Source: Octopus bimaculoides | Lineage: Eukaryota | Direction of reading: 5' to 3' | DNA length: 42,259 nucleotides | Assembly (NCBI RefSeq): GCF_001194135.2 | Contig: NC_068995.1 | Location: forward strand, 14,578,224 to 14,620,482 | Shown: positions 20,776-33,107 of the stretch, one piece after another | Numbering within the stretch: the stretch's first letter is position 1 | Layout of the letters: the number at the start of each line of letters is the position of its first letter | Made by a program: the position numbers and the translations under genes | The notes under the pieces: model-generated | What the model was told of the DNA's origin: nothing | Database searches by the model: none | The model's input: only the letters and a program-made list of their open reading frames with translations

Positions 20776-21748
20776 CAAAAGGCCAACGAGGTATTCTCTC
20801 TGCGGTCCACTTACCCTGATAGAATTTGTATTATAAATAAATAAAATAAATGAATGAATAAATAAAAGCAAAAAGCAATAAATACTGCAAGGAATAATTG
20901 TTCGAATTTCATTGAAAGCCTGATAGGATGAAATTACACACCCAGACTAATTAGTTATCTTAATGGTTATTTGTGCATACGTGTGCGTGTATGTGTGTGT
21001 GTATGTATGTATGTGTGTACGTGTGTGTATGTGTGTATGTGTGTGTGTGTATGTGTGTCCATCAATGGTAATGTTCCAAGGGAGATTGGTTACACGATCG
21101 ATGTTGCTTTAGTTCATGTCGTACAGTGTCTAATGAGGAGCGTAGATGGCCAAGCAGATACGGAATTTAACGGAGTTTCGCGGACAAACAGCTGGATGAA
21201 GGGGAATATGGTGCATTAAGCATTTCATATTTTATCGCCATCACAGACTTAACTTCCCTTGTTGTTAGCTACTGTGGCTTTCATATCGTACCTTGTACCA
21301 CAAATAGCCAATTTCTCAATAGCTGTTTGCCAGTTTTATTCCTAACGAAAGAAGCCGGAATTATGATAAAATCTCTACGTGACCATCTACTGGTTGCATA
21401 TCCATGACATTTTTTGCACATTCCATCTGCTAATTATGAACATTACGACTATTACGTAATTCCGAGCTCCCAGAAACAGCTGTCGAGTTAAAACACTATG
21501 CATTCTCCCCTTAATTTTCTGTACTTTATATAATCCAAGTAAAAATAAGTATATTTGTCAATGTATATAAATGTCAGATGCTTGTACACATGTGCTTTTC
21601 TTCTTTAGTTTTTATATCTATTTATATCTCAATACATATCTACATGTGTGCATGTATGCATATTTATATACATCAACTCTAATCATATTTACCTGTGTTA
21701 CTATTTCCATATATATATGTGTGTGTGTGTGTGTATTATATCCTTGTA

Positions 21749-21943
21749 TGTTGGATGTACAATTTACGAAGTAGGAGGAAAGAAAGTACATGATGCACTA
21801 GTATTACTATTACACGGGACTCAATGCTCTATATCAACGGCTCACAGTGAACTGCTTACCAACCCGAACTGCTGTTGTCTATTTAATAGAAATATCTCAG
21901 TTCACTTTTAGTTACAAGGTGTGGTCGGAATCCTTCCACAACA
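21749..21943 (-). mobile_element. Candidate 195-bp 3' LTR of the Gypsy element
   Basis: Termini TGTTG...CAACA. On the minus strand it is preceded by a purine tract gaaaaaaaga (21944-21953) downstream of the integrase remnant. Confidence 0.6.
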
Positions 21944-23300
21944 TCTTTTTTTCGAATCAGTCTTCTCTCATTGTTCCCCTTTTGAAAAATGAACTCGTAT
22001 CATAGTTTTAATATCTCTTACGCTTAGAGTTCAACTCCAGTGTTTCCGTTCTTGTCCGTTTTCTGGTACTAGAACGTGTAGTTTCAAATTGTTTGGGTGT
22101 TGGTATCTCTCAAACGTGTCGTACAATACTTCCATGGGGATTTCATTTCTCGTGACTCTTCTTTCCATGAATCTTTTTTTAAGTTGGTTAATACCTTTTA
22201 TGTTCGACATTTTTTCCTTTTACTAAGAATAACATTCTTCCAATTTGTTTGATAATTACATCGTCCTTCCAGCTTTCTTTACCACATCTATAGGTTTTAA
22301 AAAAAAAAAACTTTGTCACCTTGAAGAATTTTGAAGTATTTTTGTTGTTCGCCTTTTTTCTATTTTTATTCGGTATCAGCTTATCAAAGATGGATCTAAT
22401 TTTTCTAGCAAACATCAATTCTGCAGGTGACATTCCAGGGTATTCAGATTAGATGTTACTCGGTACACTCTAAGAAATTGTTGAAGTGCAAGATCGTCCA
22501 TTACTTCATTGTTTGCCTTTTACAACGCCTTCTTGAAAGTGTCAGCAAAACGCTCCGCTTGTCTATTTGACCTAGGATGATAAGGTAGAGTGGTCATATG
22601 TTCGATGATGAACATTTTACAAAGTTTTCTGAACTCGTCTGACGTAAATTGAGTTCCATTATCAGACACAATGTTATCAGGAAAATCATACCTGGCGAAC
22701 AATTCGTGTAAAAAGATTACTCTAACTGCAGATGTCGGCTTTTTACATTTATGCACTTCCGGTCACTTTAACAAACTGTCCATTACAACAAGGTAATACG
22801 AACCCTTAAGTGGACCTGCGTAATCAACATACAGTCTGGACCAAGGAATATGTTTTTGGCTGCGGCTGGCATTTAGTGGTAGGTGCTTTTGCAGCTAAGG
22901 CACACCCTCTGCATGGTTTCACTGATTCTTCAATGTCACGGCCATTGTTGGCCAATACACATAACTTCTCATTAACGATTACATTCTCGAAATCCCTGGT
23001 TCACCAATGTGAGAGTCCTTTAATAATTGCCTTTGTAGTGTGGCTGGCACTACGACTCTTTGTGCGTACATTAACACGTTGTCACACATTGAGAAATGAT
23101 TCGCATTTATGTTGTGCATATTTTGATCTCTTTTAGCCTTCAGTATTTCTTTCATTTTTTAAAATGAATTTATCGTTTACTGATTTCAATTTTATACTTT
23201 GTAAAGTAACTGACAGTACACGTATGACGTTACACAAAACATTTTAAATTTCATTTTCCGCTCACAAAGCATTAAGACTTGAACGTTTTGGCCCTCGAAA
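21944..23300 (-). mobile_element. Ty3/Gypsy (K02A2.6-like) pol remnant: integrase zinc-binding region and rve core, decayed
   Basis: ENEI*NVLCNVIRVLSVTLQ; RVVVPATLQRQLLKDSHIGEPGISRM*SLMRSYVYWP; PWSRLYVDYAGPLKGSYYLVVMDS; FPDNIVSDNGTQFTSDEF; PYHPRSNRQAERFADTFK; MSPAELMFARKIRSIFDKL. Many stops and frameshifts. Confidence 0.92.
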
Positions 23301-23314
23301 TTGTGTGGAAGCCC

Positions 23315-23550
23315 AGTGTGTGTGTTTGCGTGTGTGTGTGTGTGTGTGTTTGTACCCCCACCATACCGCTTGATAATCATTGCTGGTGTGTTCACGTCGC
23401 TGCTACATAGCGGTTCGGCAAAAGACACCGATAGAATAAGTACCTGATTTAACAAAAAATATGTATTGGGGTCGATTCATTTCACTAAAAATTCTTCAAG
23501 GCGATGCCCCAGCATGACTGCAGTCAAAAGACAAAAACAAATAAAAAATA
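23315..23550 (+). mobile_element. SINE family B 3' half
   Basis: (TG)n then cgcttgataa..gcggttcggcaaaagacaccgatagaataagtac..gccccagcatgactgcagtc. Confidence 0.75.
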
Positions 23551-24790
23551 AGATATTTCAATCTTTCATTGCAATTTTTCATTTCATCAGAACGATTCAT
23601 TTTTTTCTTGCTTTTTGAAATTGACAGTAAAAGTCCTGATGAGTACATAACTCTTTTCTTTTCTACTCCTATCCTTTTTATAATCTTAGGTTTGGTATCG
23701 AATGATAAAACTTTGCTTTTACTTGATGACAACAGAACTGAATAAATCTTTTGAAAAAATTACTGTTCTTTAAGAAACTACAAAATTACTACACAAGTGA
23801 TACGATGTAGGATGAGCAATGAAAATTCCAGAACACAAATAGAAACCGGGCGGCACTGACTGATTGTTTTCTTTAGTGTACGGTAATAAAGCAGTAAGTG
23901 ATTCATCATAAAGAGGCTCAGAATTTCAGCGGGAAATTCTAGCAACGAGAATGCTAATTTTATTTGTCTATCAATATATTTGTGATTTGAATTGATAAAT
24001 GACTGCGATATTATGCTTCATTATAATGAGGTCTCATTCACGGAGAAAGCGTATGACGAGATGTTGGTGTTTATCTATCTATCTATCTATCTATNNNNNN
24101 NNNNNNNNNNNNNNNNNNNNNNNNNNNNNNNNNNNNNNNNNNNNNNNNNNNNNNNNNNNNNNNNNNNNNNNNNNNNNNNNNNNNNNNNNNNNNNNNNNNN
24201 NNNNNNNNNNNNNNNNNNNNNNNNNNNNNNNNNNNNNNNNNNNNNNNNNNNNNNNNNNNNNNNNNNNNNNNNNNNNNNNNNNNNNNNNNNNNNNNNNNNN
24301 NNNNNNNNNNNNNNNNNNNNNNNNNNNNNNNNNNNNNNNNNNNNNNNNNNNNNNNNNNNNNNNNNNNNNNNNNNNNNNNNNNNNNNNNNNNNNNNNNNNN
24401 NNNNNNNNNNNNNNNNNNNNNNNNNNNNNNNNNNNNNNNNNNNNNNNNNNNNNNNNNNNNNNNNNNNNNNNNNNNNNNNNNNNNNNNNNNNNNNNNNNNN
24501 NNNNNNNNNNNNNNNNNNNNNNNNNNNNNNNNNNNNNNNNNNNNNNNNNNNNNNNNNNNNNNNNNNNNNNNNNNNNNNNNNNNNNNNNNNNNNNNNNNNN
24601 NNNNNNNNNNNNNNNNNNNNNNNNNNNNNNNNNNNNNNNNNNNNNNNNNNNNNNNNNNNNNNNNNNNNNNNNNNNNNNNNNNNNNNNNNNNNNNNNNNNN
24701 NNNNNNNNNNNNNNNNNNNNNNNNNNNNNNNNNNNNNNNNNNNNNNNNNNNNNNNNNNNNNNNNNNNCCTCTCTCTCTCTCTCTCTCTCC

Positions 24791-24821
<31 letters not shown>

Positions 24822-25153
24822 CTCTCTCTGCATACTCTCTCTCTCCTCTCTCTGCACACACACACACTCTCTCTCTCTCTCTCTAATTCGCTCTCACTGT
24901 CTTTCTCTCGCTTTCAATTTTTCTTTCTTTCTCACACATCATACCACACTTCCAGGTTTTATTCTCGCCTTATCTCACAAACATCTCTATTGTGTTATAA
25001 CATCCTTCCCGTTATCTCACTCTCCGATATGATACTATGGTTACTATGGTTACTATGCATGCTTACCACGGTTAGTATAGTTGCTATGCTTACTGTGATT
25101 ATAAATCTCTAGATATCACACTCTTTATTGTGCTGTAATGTTTCTCACTTCTC

Positions 25154-25190
<37 letters not shown>

Positions 25191-25369
25191 ATTCTCTCTC
25201 TGATATGTGTGTGTGTGTGTGTGTGTGTGTACATATAACATGCGATCCTTCATTTTGTTAGGTCATGGATTACGTTCCCTCCTATAAATCACTGCTACAT
25301 TGTATATCTATTTCATGAAAGATCTTGATATCTCATTCTTTATTATGTGGTAACGATTTCTGACATAGG

Positions 25370-25520
25370 CAAGAGACCACGAATGTTTCAGTGGAAAAAA
25401 AGAGGCGAGGAGTCGATTAAATCAATCCCCACTTCTAAATAGATACTTTATTTATTTGACCCTGAAAGAATGATAAGAAACGTTAACATCAACGCAGATA
25501 TGAACTCAGAACGAAAAAAA
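25370..25520 (-). mobile_element. Degenerate SINE family A
   Basis: agtcgattaaatcaatcccc..tttatttgaccctgaaagaatga..tgaactcagaacg. Confidence 0.55.
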
Positions 25521-25723
25521 CAAACGGGTTCTTTCGACCAAACATGTCTAATGGTATTTGTTTCACCAGAGTTTCAATAGACGCCCTTCTTGTTACTCTC
25601 ACCATCATAAATGTATCGAACCCTTGACTCGCCTGTTGGAAGCTTAAAACCAGCGACGTTATTTTATTTCAGTCAAGGGTCCACTAATTTGATTGGTGGA
25701 ACAGTAATGTAATACTCCTTTAC

Positions 25724-25955
25724 TTCTTTACTTGTTTCAGTCATTTGACTGTGGCCATGATGGAGCACCACCTTTAGTCGAACAAATCGACTCCAGGACT
25801 TATTCTTTGTAAGCCTAGTACTTATTCTATCGGTCGCTTTTTCCGAACCGCTAAGTTACGGGGACGTAAGCACACCAGCATCGGTTGTCAAGCGAAGTTG
25901 AGGGACAAACACAGACACACAAGCATATACACACATACAGATATATATATATATA
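25724..25955 (-). mobile_element. SINE family B 3' half running into (TA)n and a gap
   Basis: cttgtttcagtcatttgactgtggccatg..ccgaaccgctaagttacggggacgtaa..gttgtcaagcg. Confidence 0.85.
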
Positions 25956-26419
25956 NNNNNNNNNNNNNNNNNNNNNNNNNNNNNNNNNNNNNNNNNNNNN
26001 NNNNNNNNNNNNNNNNNNNNNNNNNNNNNNNNNNNNNNNNNNNNNNNNNNNNNNNNNNNNNNNNNNNNNNNNNNNNNNNNNNNNNNNNNNNNNNNNNNNN
26101 NNNNNNNNNNNNNNNNNNNNNNNNNNNNNNNNNNNNNNNNNNNNNNNNNNNNNNNNNNNNNNNNNNNNNNNNNNNNNNNNNNNNNNNNNNNNNNNNNNNN
26201 NNNNNNNNNNNNNNNNNNNNNNNNNNNNNNNNNNNNNNNNNNNNNNNNNNNNNNNNNNNNNNNNNNNNNNNNNNNNNNNNNNNNNNNNNNNNNNNNNNNN
26301 NNNNNNNNNNNNNNNNNNNNNNNNNNNNNNNNNNNNNNNNNAAGACTGGGATTTGAACGGCGAAGACGATTCTGAGACGATTCTGAAAGAAAGAAAGAAA
26401 GAAAGAAAGAAAGAATACA

Positions 26420-26765
26420 GTATTTGACTGGTATTTATCAATCGCAGAAGGATAAAAGGCAAAGTTGACCTCGGAGAACTTTGGACTGAGAACGCAAATC
26501 ATCGTGGCATTTAACGCAAAAGTATTTACTAGACGTTTTGCCGATTCTGCTGCTCGGCAGTTTTGCCGATCGCCAACGACGCTGTAATTCACAAAATGAG
26601 ATATAAATATATAGGTGAATATAGAATAATGTATTTAAGGTGGTGAGCAGACAGAATCTTTAGCACGTCGGGCAAAATGCTTAGCGGCCAGTACTCTACT
26701 GGTACTTTATTTTATCAACCCGGTGACTGTTCCAATTCTCAGTGCGTTCTGAGTTCAAAATTCTA
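26420..26765. mobile_element. Two degenerate family A fragments (26420-26578 minus; 26637-26765 plus, with an inverted A piece inside)
   Basis: ggcaaagttgacctcgg on minus. ggtggtgagcagacagaatc..gcttagcgg on plus is interrupted by ctggtactttattttatcaaccc. Confidence 0.5.
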
Positions 26766-26864
26766 ACCTCTATAATCAGTGTGGTGAAGTAACTTCTGGA
26801 TGAACAGAAGAAAAGTTGAGGTGCTTTTTGAGTATGGACAATATAAAGGCATAGCATATTCAAT

Positions 26865-27040
26865 TGATAATGACGATGAAGAGTAGGAGGGGAAGGAAGA
26901 CGAGCAGGACGAGGAGGACAAGGAGAAGAAGGAGGAGGAGGAGGAGGAGGAGGAGGAGGAAGAGGGCGATGATGACAATGACGACATTGATGATGATGAT
27001 GCTAAGAGTGATAATGATAGCGATGACGATGACGACGACG
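26865..27040. repeat. (GAG/GAT/GAC)n compound microsatellite
   Basis: Direct reading. Confidence 0.9.
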
Positions 27041-27069
27041 ATATATTGTGTCACATTCATTTAGCTTGA

Positions 27070-27200
27070 AAACTACGTTATCGGAATATGCCTGAGTATT
27101 CCACATCTGCGATATACTCAGCCACTTACATGAAAATTTCATGAGCAGGTAATTCAGCTGATCGAACAACTGAATGTTCATCGTTGATACCGACGGAGAA
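27070..27200 (+). mobile_element. Degenerate C/D-type SINE tail
   Basis: aactacgtta..ctcagccacttac..tttcatgagcagg..tgatcg..ccgacggag. Confidence 0.55.
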
Positions 27201-28249
27201 CCCATCCTGTATGGAAAAAAATCATTGTTGGGATGATTTTTGAGCAAGTGTTTGATTAGAACTTTCTTGAAACTAAACAAGAACAACAATATATCTATCA
27301 TTGACTTTGATTTAAATAAGCTCACTGACCTTGACCTTCCAGGGTCAGATTTATCCAAAGAATAATGTGATGAAATTCATGAGTTTAGATAGGGAATAGT
27401 TCTCGAACTATTTTTCTTTCCAGCGAATTTGTTCGTCTTGTATTGGCGTACCCACTGAAAAGAATATGCTGTTAAATAGTTGGATACCATAAAACATACA
27501 ACAGTGATAAGTATTTCATAGATATAAGCAGACAATGTATAATTTGTAATTTATTCGGAAGGCAAGAATTCTAAGTAACATATGTGACAAGCTTTGCAAA
27601 CACACACACAGAAACACACGCATATATAATCTTAAGAGTTTGTAGGATTGTGTACAGGTAAAAATGTAGGCCAATGAGATGCCAACATAGTCTGGATTTT
27701 TCGTTTTATTTTCTTACTTTCACAATTTTACAATGTCACATATTATAATAAGTCAAGTACTTTCATGCTTTCCACATTCTTCGGATATACTTGGTGGTAG
27801 TATTAACAGAAAGGTATGTTTCACAAGTGATAGCTGTAGTGGAATGCTTGAATTTGTCCTTTAAATAGCCAGTAGGCTCCGGCAAGCTGCATTTGCCGAA
27901 CTGTTTCATCAACCCGGTGAACGTGCGGTTTAGCCGTCATGGCCCGGTTAGCGCACAAACATTGTTGGGATTGACAGCATCTAATTCATAAAAAGCAATT
28001 TAACCAATCAGCGTGCAGCATAGGCGTCACGGCTTGGTGAGCGCGCCAACACAGTTGACATTCATAGTGTTTATTCATAGACACATTTTAGTAAGAATTA
28101 TCTATACAGAATTCGGCTATATTCAAATGTTGAAGAACACTTGATGCTGTAAACAGTATTCCTGCCTTAAGTGGCTTCAATATTACCGTTAAAATTCCTA
28201 GCATTTATTATTACTGTTATTACCACCACAGCCACCATCACTATTATTG

Positions 28250-28650
28250 CCCATTTAGAACGGGTTTGAATTCTTCAAAAAAAATTATTTTCCCTTACAC
28301 TTCTCTCAACATCACATTAGTTGTACTGTTCGTAAAATGGGAATATTATGAACATTTTCCGACACATGCTTGTAAATGATTGCTTAATGGGATCTGGCGA
28401 ACATCAGGGTCCTTAATATACTGTTGGTGTACTCGTGTGCGTTCTATAAGTTTCTCTGTCTAGCCAATACATATGTTTTTACAACTCGGACATTTGATGC
28501 AGTAGATTAAATTTTTGCTTTTCCTTTTCATATTTACATTTGTAAATATTCTTCCTGTTTTTTGTATTGATGTATTGGCCGGTATGCATGAACTGACATG
28601 TACCATATTGACCCTAATATTACACTGTTTTCTATAGTCAATATACGGTG
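28250..28650 (-). mobile_element. Penelope-like element GIY-YIG endonuclease remnant (Neptune-type, with upstream CxxC)
   Basis: Minus strand GTCQFMHTGQYINTK(fs)..KSKNLIYCIKCPSCKNICIG*TEKLIERTRVHQQYIKDPDVRQIPLSNHLQACVGK(fs)FIIFPFY..ERSVREN..(fs)FKPVLN. Confidence 0.85.
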
Positions 28651-29294
28651 AAGGCTTATAATTCTACTTACAAAAAATAATAAATAATAGAATGGAAACT
28701 GTAGTATATAGTCAGATGTTTAGATGCTCTGCTACCTGAGTCTAATCTCGTGACCCTGTGTATAATGAAAAAACACTTTGGGTATGAGCTGCCAATTCGT
28801 TTCAGGGAAAGAGAGAAAGAGAGAGAGGGAGAGAGAGAGAAAGAGAGAAAGAGAGAAACAGAGAGAGAGAGAGAGAGAGGAAACAAGTTATATCGTACCA
28901 TGACGAAATTATTATCTCCCTTGTAGTAGTTGTAACCGTTAGAGGGACTACATAGGTTACTTGTTTTTTTCGAAAGAACAAACGAAACCTACTTTATCTA
29001 CGAAACCTACTTTATGTACGAAAGTACAGGAACCACCCCACACCCCACACCCAGAACATCAGATTCTCCTTCTGTTCTCGTCATTGCAACTTCGTCAAAG
29101 TGAAGAATTTCACTTTATGTCAACGTTTATTGCACAACTATTCATTGGGATGACAATGTTTTCTTTTCACCTTTATGCAAATGAAAGGATATTATCTCTT
29201 CTCTCTCCCATTCTTCCACCCCCATTCATTCATTCACAAACATGTACACGCACTCATGTGTAACGCCATCATGCATATTGTGCATTAAGTAATG

Positions 29295-29298
<4 letters not shown>

Positions 29299-29342
<44 letters not shown>

Positions 29343-29373
29343 CACATAAGTGTGTGTGTATATATATACACAC

Positions 29374-29417
<44 letters not shown>

Positions 29418-29463
29418 TTTATATATATGTGTGTGTATATATATATATATATATACACACACA

Positions 29464-29519
<56 letters not shown>

Positions 29520-29520
29520 C
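29299..29520. repeat. (TA)n-dominated compound microsatellite
   Basis: Direct reading. Confidence 0.95.
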
Positions 29521-29913
29521 ACATACATGTGATATGCGTGCACGCGTATATATGACTTTAGAAATGAAAAAATAGCCGAAAGACAGAAATGCTTAAATGA
29601 TTGTAAATATTTATATTTACAAAATATGAAAGAAATAAAGAAAAACAAACAAACAATAATATTAAGTTTGAAATGAAAAAATAAATTGAAAGCGAAAACG
29701 TTCCAGCTTGTCTCCATAATTCCCAATAGCTTGCCAGTTGGTGTAGCAATATTATCGATTCGAATCGGTAATTTAGAAAAGACACATGAAAGACTTCAAA
29801 GCTTATGAATACTGCCATTTAGGAAGCGAGCTGAAATAAACTTCTGCTGCATCCTGTTTATCAAAATAGCTATATGTGTCCATGTATATGTGTGGGTGTC
29901 TCTGTTCTGTTCT

Positions 29914-29948
<35 letters not shown>

Positions 29949-30383
29949 TCAACTTCTGTTCGCAAATTAACACGTTTGACGTTTGAAACGAGTCAACGAC
30001 CGGAACCTCCATTATTGCGATCGTTCTACAAAAAAAAAAAAAAAAGCAACCGAGTATTCTCTCGAATCATACCCGACAACTCGTCTTTCATAAAGGTTAC
30101 ACAGGACATTGTTGGCCTATATATTCAAGACGTGCTGGATGGGCTTATAAGTTTAAGCCTATTCTCTGATCGTTTTTGCTATTTGTCATAATTTGCTCTG
30201 TAACTACAAGCAAAAATCTCTCAGCAATTGCGTAGCTGGAGTTTGCACTGATCGTGACAGTCCTTCAGTTTTACCACCATTCCACTCCGTTTCCACAACA
30301 TCAAAAATACAAACAATACACGTCAAACATATTTAAACAAAAAGAGAAATCGACCAACATAAAATTTTATTCATGCATCGCCA

Positions 30384-30576
30384 GCGGGAGGCGAGCTGGC
30401 AGAATCGTTAGCATGCTGGGCAAAATGCTTTTCATCCTTTTGAGGTCGATAAAATAAGTACTAGAACCAGCTGAGCTCTAGTAGCGACGTAATCGACCTC
30501 TCCCTTCCAATCAACTATCAAAATCGACTATCTCCCTTCCCCAAATTACAGGCCTTGTGTTTATAGTAGAAAGGAT
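30384..30576 (+). mobile_element. SINE family A with internal deletion and (TTA)n tail
   Basis: The head aaatgctt joins ttcatccttttgaggtcgata, so the B-box region is missing. It ends tagtagaaagga(tta)n. Confidence 0.8.
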
Positions 30577-30810
30577 TATTATTATTATTATTATTATTGT
30601 TCAGTAGTTTAATTTTTATAACGTGCTTTCACTTCACTACCGAGCGCAGCTCTGTGCACCTTGGGTATGTGCTGTGGTTTGCTGTGGTGCTCTTATGTTT
30701 ACTGTATTGAAAGTGTTTTGCGTAGAATGTGTGCAGTACCCAGTAGTGCAATTTTCTGTATGTTATATATATTTGTAAGTCCTGGTGTTTTTGTTATGTT
30801 TGTGTCTGAA
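30576..30810 (-). mobile_element. 5'-truncated RLE-type (R4/Dong-like) LINE 3' end embedded in (TAA)n
   Basis: 30806-30699 reads DTNITKTPGLTNIYNIQKIALLGTAHILRKTLSIQ*, followed by a ~100-nt UTR and (AAT)n. (TTA)n also lies on the other side (30840-30921). Confidence 0.85.
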
Positions 30811-30860
30811 TCATTATTTTATCGAGGTCTATATTTACATTATTTTTATTATTATTATTA

Positions 30861-30921
<61 letters not shown>

Positions 30922-31239
30922 NNNNNNNNNNNNNNNNNNNNNNNNNNNNNNNNNNNNNNNNNNNNNNNNNNNNNNNNNNNNNNNNNNNNNNNNNNNNNNN
31001 NNNNNNNNNNNNNNNNNNNNNNNNNNNNNNNNNNNNNNNNNNNNNNNNNNNNNNNNNNNNNNNNNNNNNNNNNNNNNNNNNNNNNNNNNNNNNNNNNNNN
31101 NNNNNNNNNNNNNNNNNNNNNNNNNNNNNNNNNNNNNNNNNNNNNNNNNNNNNNNNNNNNNNNNNNNNNNNNNNNNNNNNNNNNNNNNNNNNNNNNNNNN
31201 NNNNNNNNNNNNNNNNNNNNNNNNNNNNNNNNNNNNNNN

Positions 31240-31563
31240 CACCTTGGGCAAGTGTCTTCTACAATAGCCTCGAGCCGACCGAAGCCTTGTGAGTGGATTT
31301 GGTAGACGGAAACTGAAAGAAGCCCGTCGTATATATATATGTGTGTAAATGTTTGTGTATCTGTGTTTGACCCCCACCACCACCACCACAACCATCGCTT
31401 GACAACCGATGCTGGTGTGTTTACGTCCCCGTAGCTAGCGGTTCGGCAAAAAGCGACCGATAGAATAAGTACTAGGCTTACAAAGAATAAGTCCTGGGGT
31501 CGATTTGTTCGACTAAAGGTGGTGCTCCAGCATGGCCGCAGTCAAATAACTGAAACGAGTAAA
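31240..31563 (+). mobile_element. SINE family B (head in the gap), short internal microsatellite
   Basis: caccttgggcaagtgtcttc..agaagcccgtcgtatatatatat..ggtgctccagcatggccgcagtc..gaaacgagtaaaa. Confidence 0.9.
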
Positions 31564-32404
31564 ACAAAACTAGTACGATTTCAATACAACGATAATGTGT
31601 TTCTAAGATATTTTATTTTGCGAGATAGTTTGAGAAATAGATACCTACATAAAGCAAGAAAGAAAGTTGGGAGAGAAGAAAAGAAAAAGAAGGACAAACA
31701 GACAGACATACAGACAGACAGACAGACAGGCACACACACACATATGACGAGAGAAAGAGATAGAGAGTGAGAAAGAAGCGGGGAAAGAAGAGAGAGATGG
31801 TGCTGTTAGAAACGTTGATCGGAAATTGTAAGCTAAGACAACACGCCGAGACAAAACTATTAGTGACGTCACTTGAGAAACATGACCAGCTGTCACGTGC
31901 GGACATCACAGAAAATAACGATCGAGATCTTTTGAAACTGTCCTCTAAAGTGTACCTCTAGCTGGAGGCTGTTGGTTACCGTGTCTGCCTGTTTCCTAGA
32001 AGGTATTACAAATAGGAGGAAAAAAGATAAAAACATGAACTATTCTCATAGAAATATCCTTAGAAATATTTTTACATTGAGGTGTTCTACATTAGGTTTC
32101 TAAAGATAATCGCATATGCCATCTATAGAAATCGTTTGTTAATGTTAGCTACAAAGAAAGAAAAAATTGAAGAGTTTCCTTGAAATTCTTTGAGAGATTT
32201 GTATTGAGTTGCTCTACATTTGGTTTCTAAAGATTAACGTAAATGCCACACGATAAATACCACTGGAGAAATTAATTTGTTAATCATGTAAGCGAGAGAT
32301 AAGATGTAGAAAGATAATCGCTTGTTTTGTGATCAACGTAATTTTATCTAAACCATAACATACTTGCTAATTTACGACAAAAACCCAGGAATTTTTTATA
32401 GTTG

Positions 32405-32795
32405 ATTGGAAGGGAGATGTCGATTACGTCGCTACTAGAGTTCAACTGGTTCTAGTATTTATTTTATCGACCTGAAAAGGATGAAAAGCAAAGTCGACTC
32501 CAGCAGAATTTGATCTCAGAAGGTAAAGCCGGATGAAATACCGCTAAGTGTATTTGTTCAATGAGCTAACGATTCAGCCAGCTCACCTAAATTGTAATAT
32601 GCATTTCAAGATTTGGCACCACAAGACCAGCAATATCGGGAAGGGAATAAATCGATTAAATAGACACTAGTCCTTATCTGGTACTTATTTTATCGATCCC
32701 GAAAGGGGATGAAAGGCAAAATCGACCTTGGTGGAATTTGAACTCAGAACATAAAGATGGAGGAAATGCCGCTAAGCATTTTGCCTATGGCCGCC

Positions 32796-32867
<72 letters not shown>

Positions 32868-33020
32868 TCATTATTTCGACTTCGGCGAAATTTGAACTCA
32901 GAACGTAGCGACGGGCGAAATACCTATTTCTTTACTACCCACAAGGGGCTACACACAGAGGGGACAAATANNNNNNNNNNTCGCCCGGCGTGCTAACGCT
33001 TCTGCCAGCTCGCCGCCTTA
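32405..33020 (-). mobile_element. Cluster of three family A SINEs separated by (AAT)n; the third carries an alternative tail
   Basis: Copies at 32405-32588, 32603-32797 and 32875-33020. tatttctttactacccacaagggg lies at 32925-32970. Confidence 0.8.
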
Positions 33021-33046
33021 ACAACAACAACAACAACAACAACAAC

Positions 33047-33090
<44 letters not shown>

Positions 33091-33107
33091 TAATAGTAAT
33101 TCTTTTA

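Noticed and set aside
25620-25680. 10-bp inverted repeat (acccttgact/agtcaagggt) as a mini-MITE
   Set aside because: Too short, no TSD, and single copy in the window.
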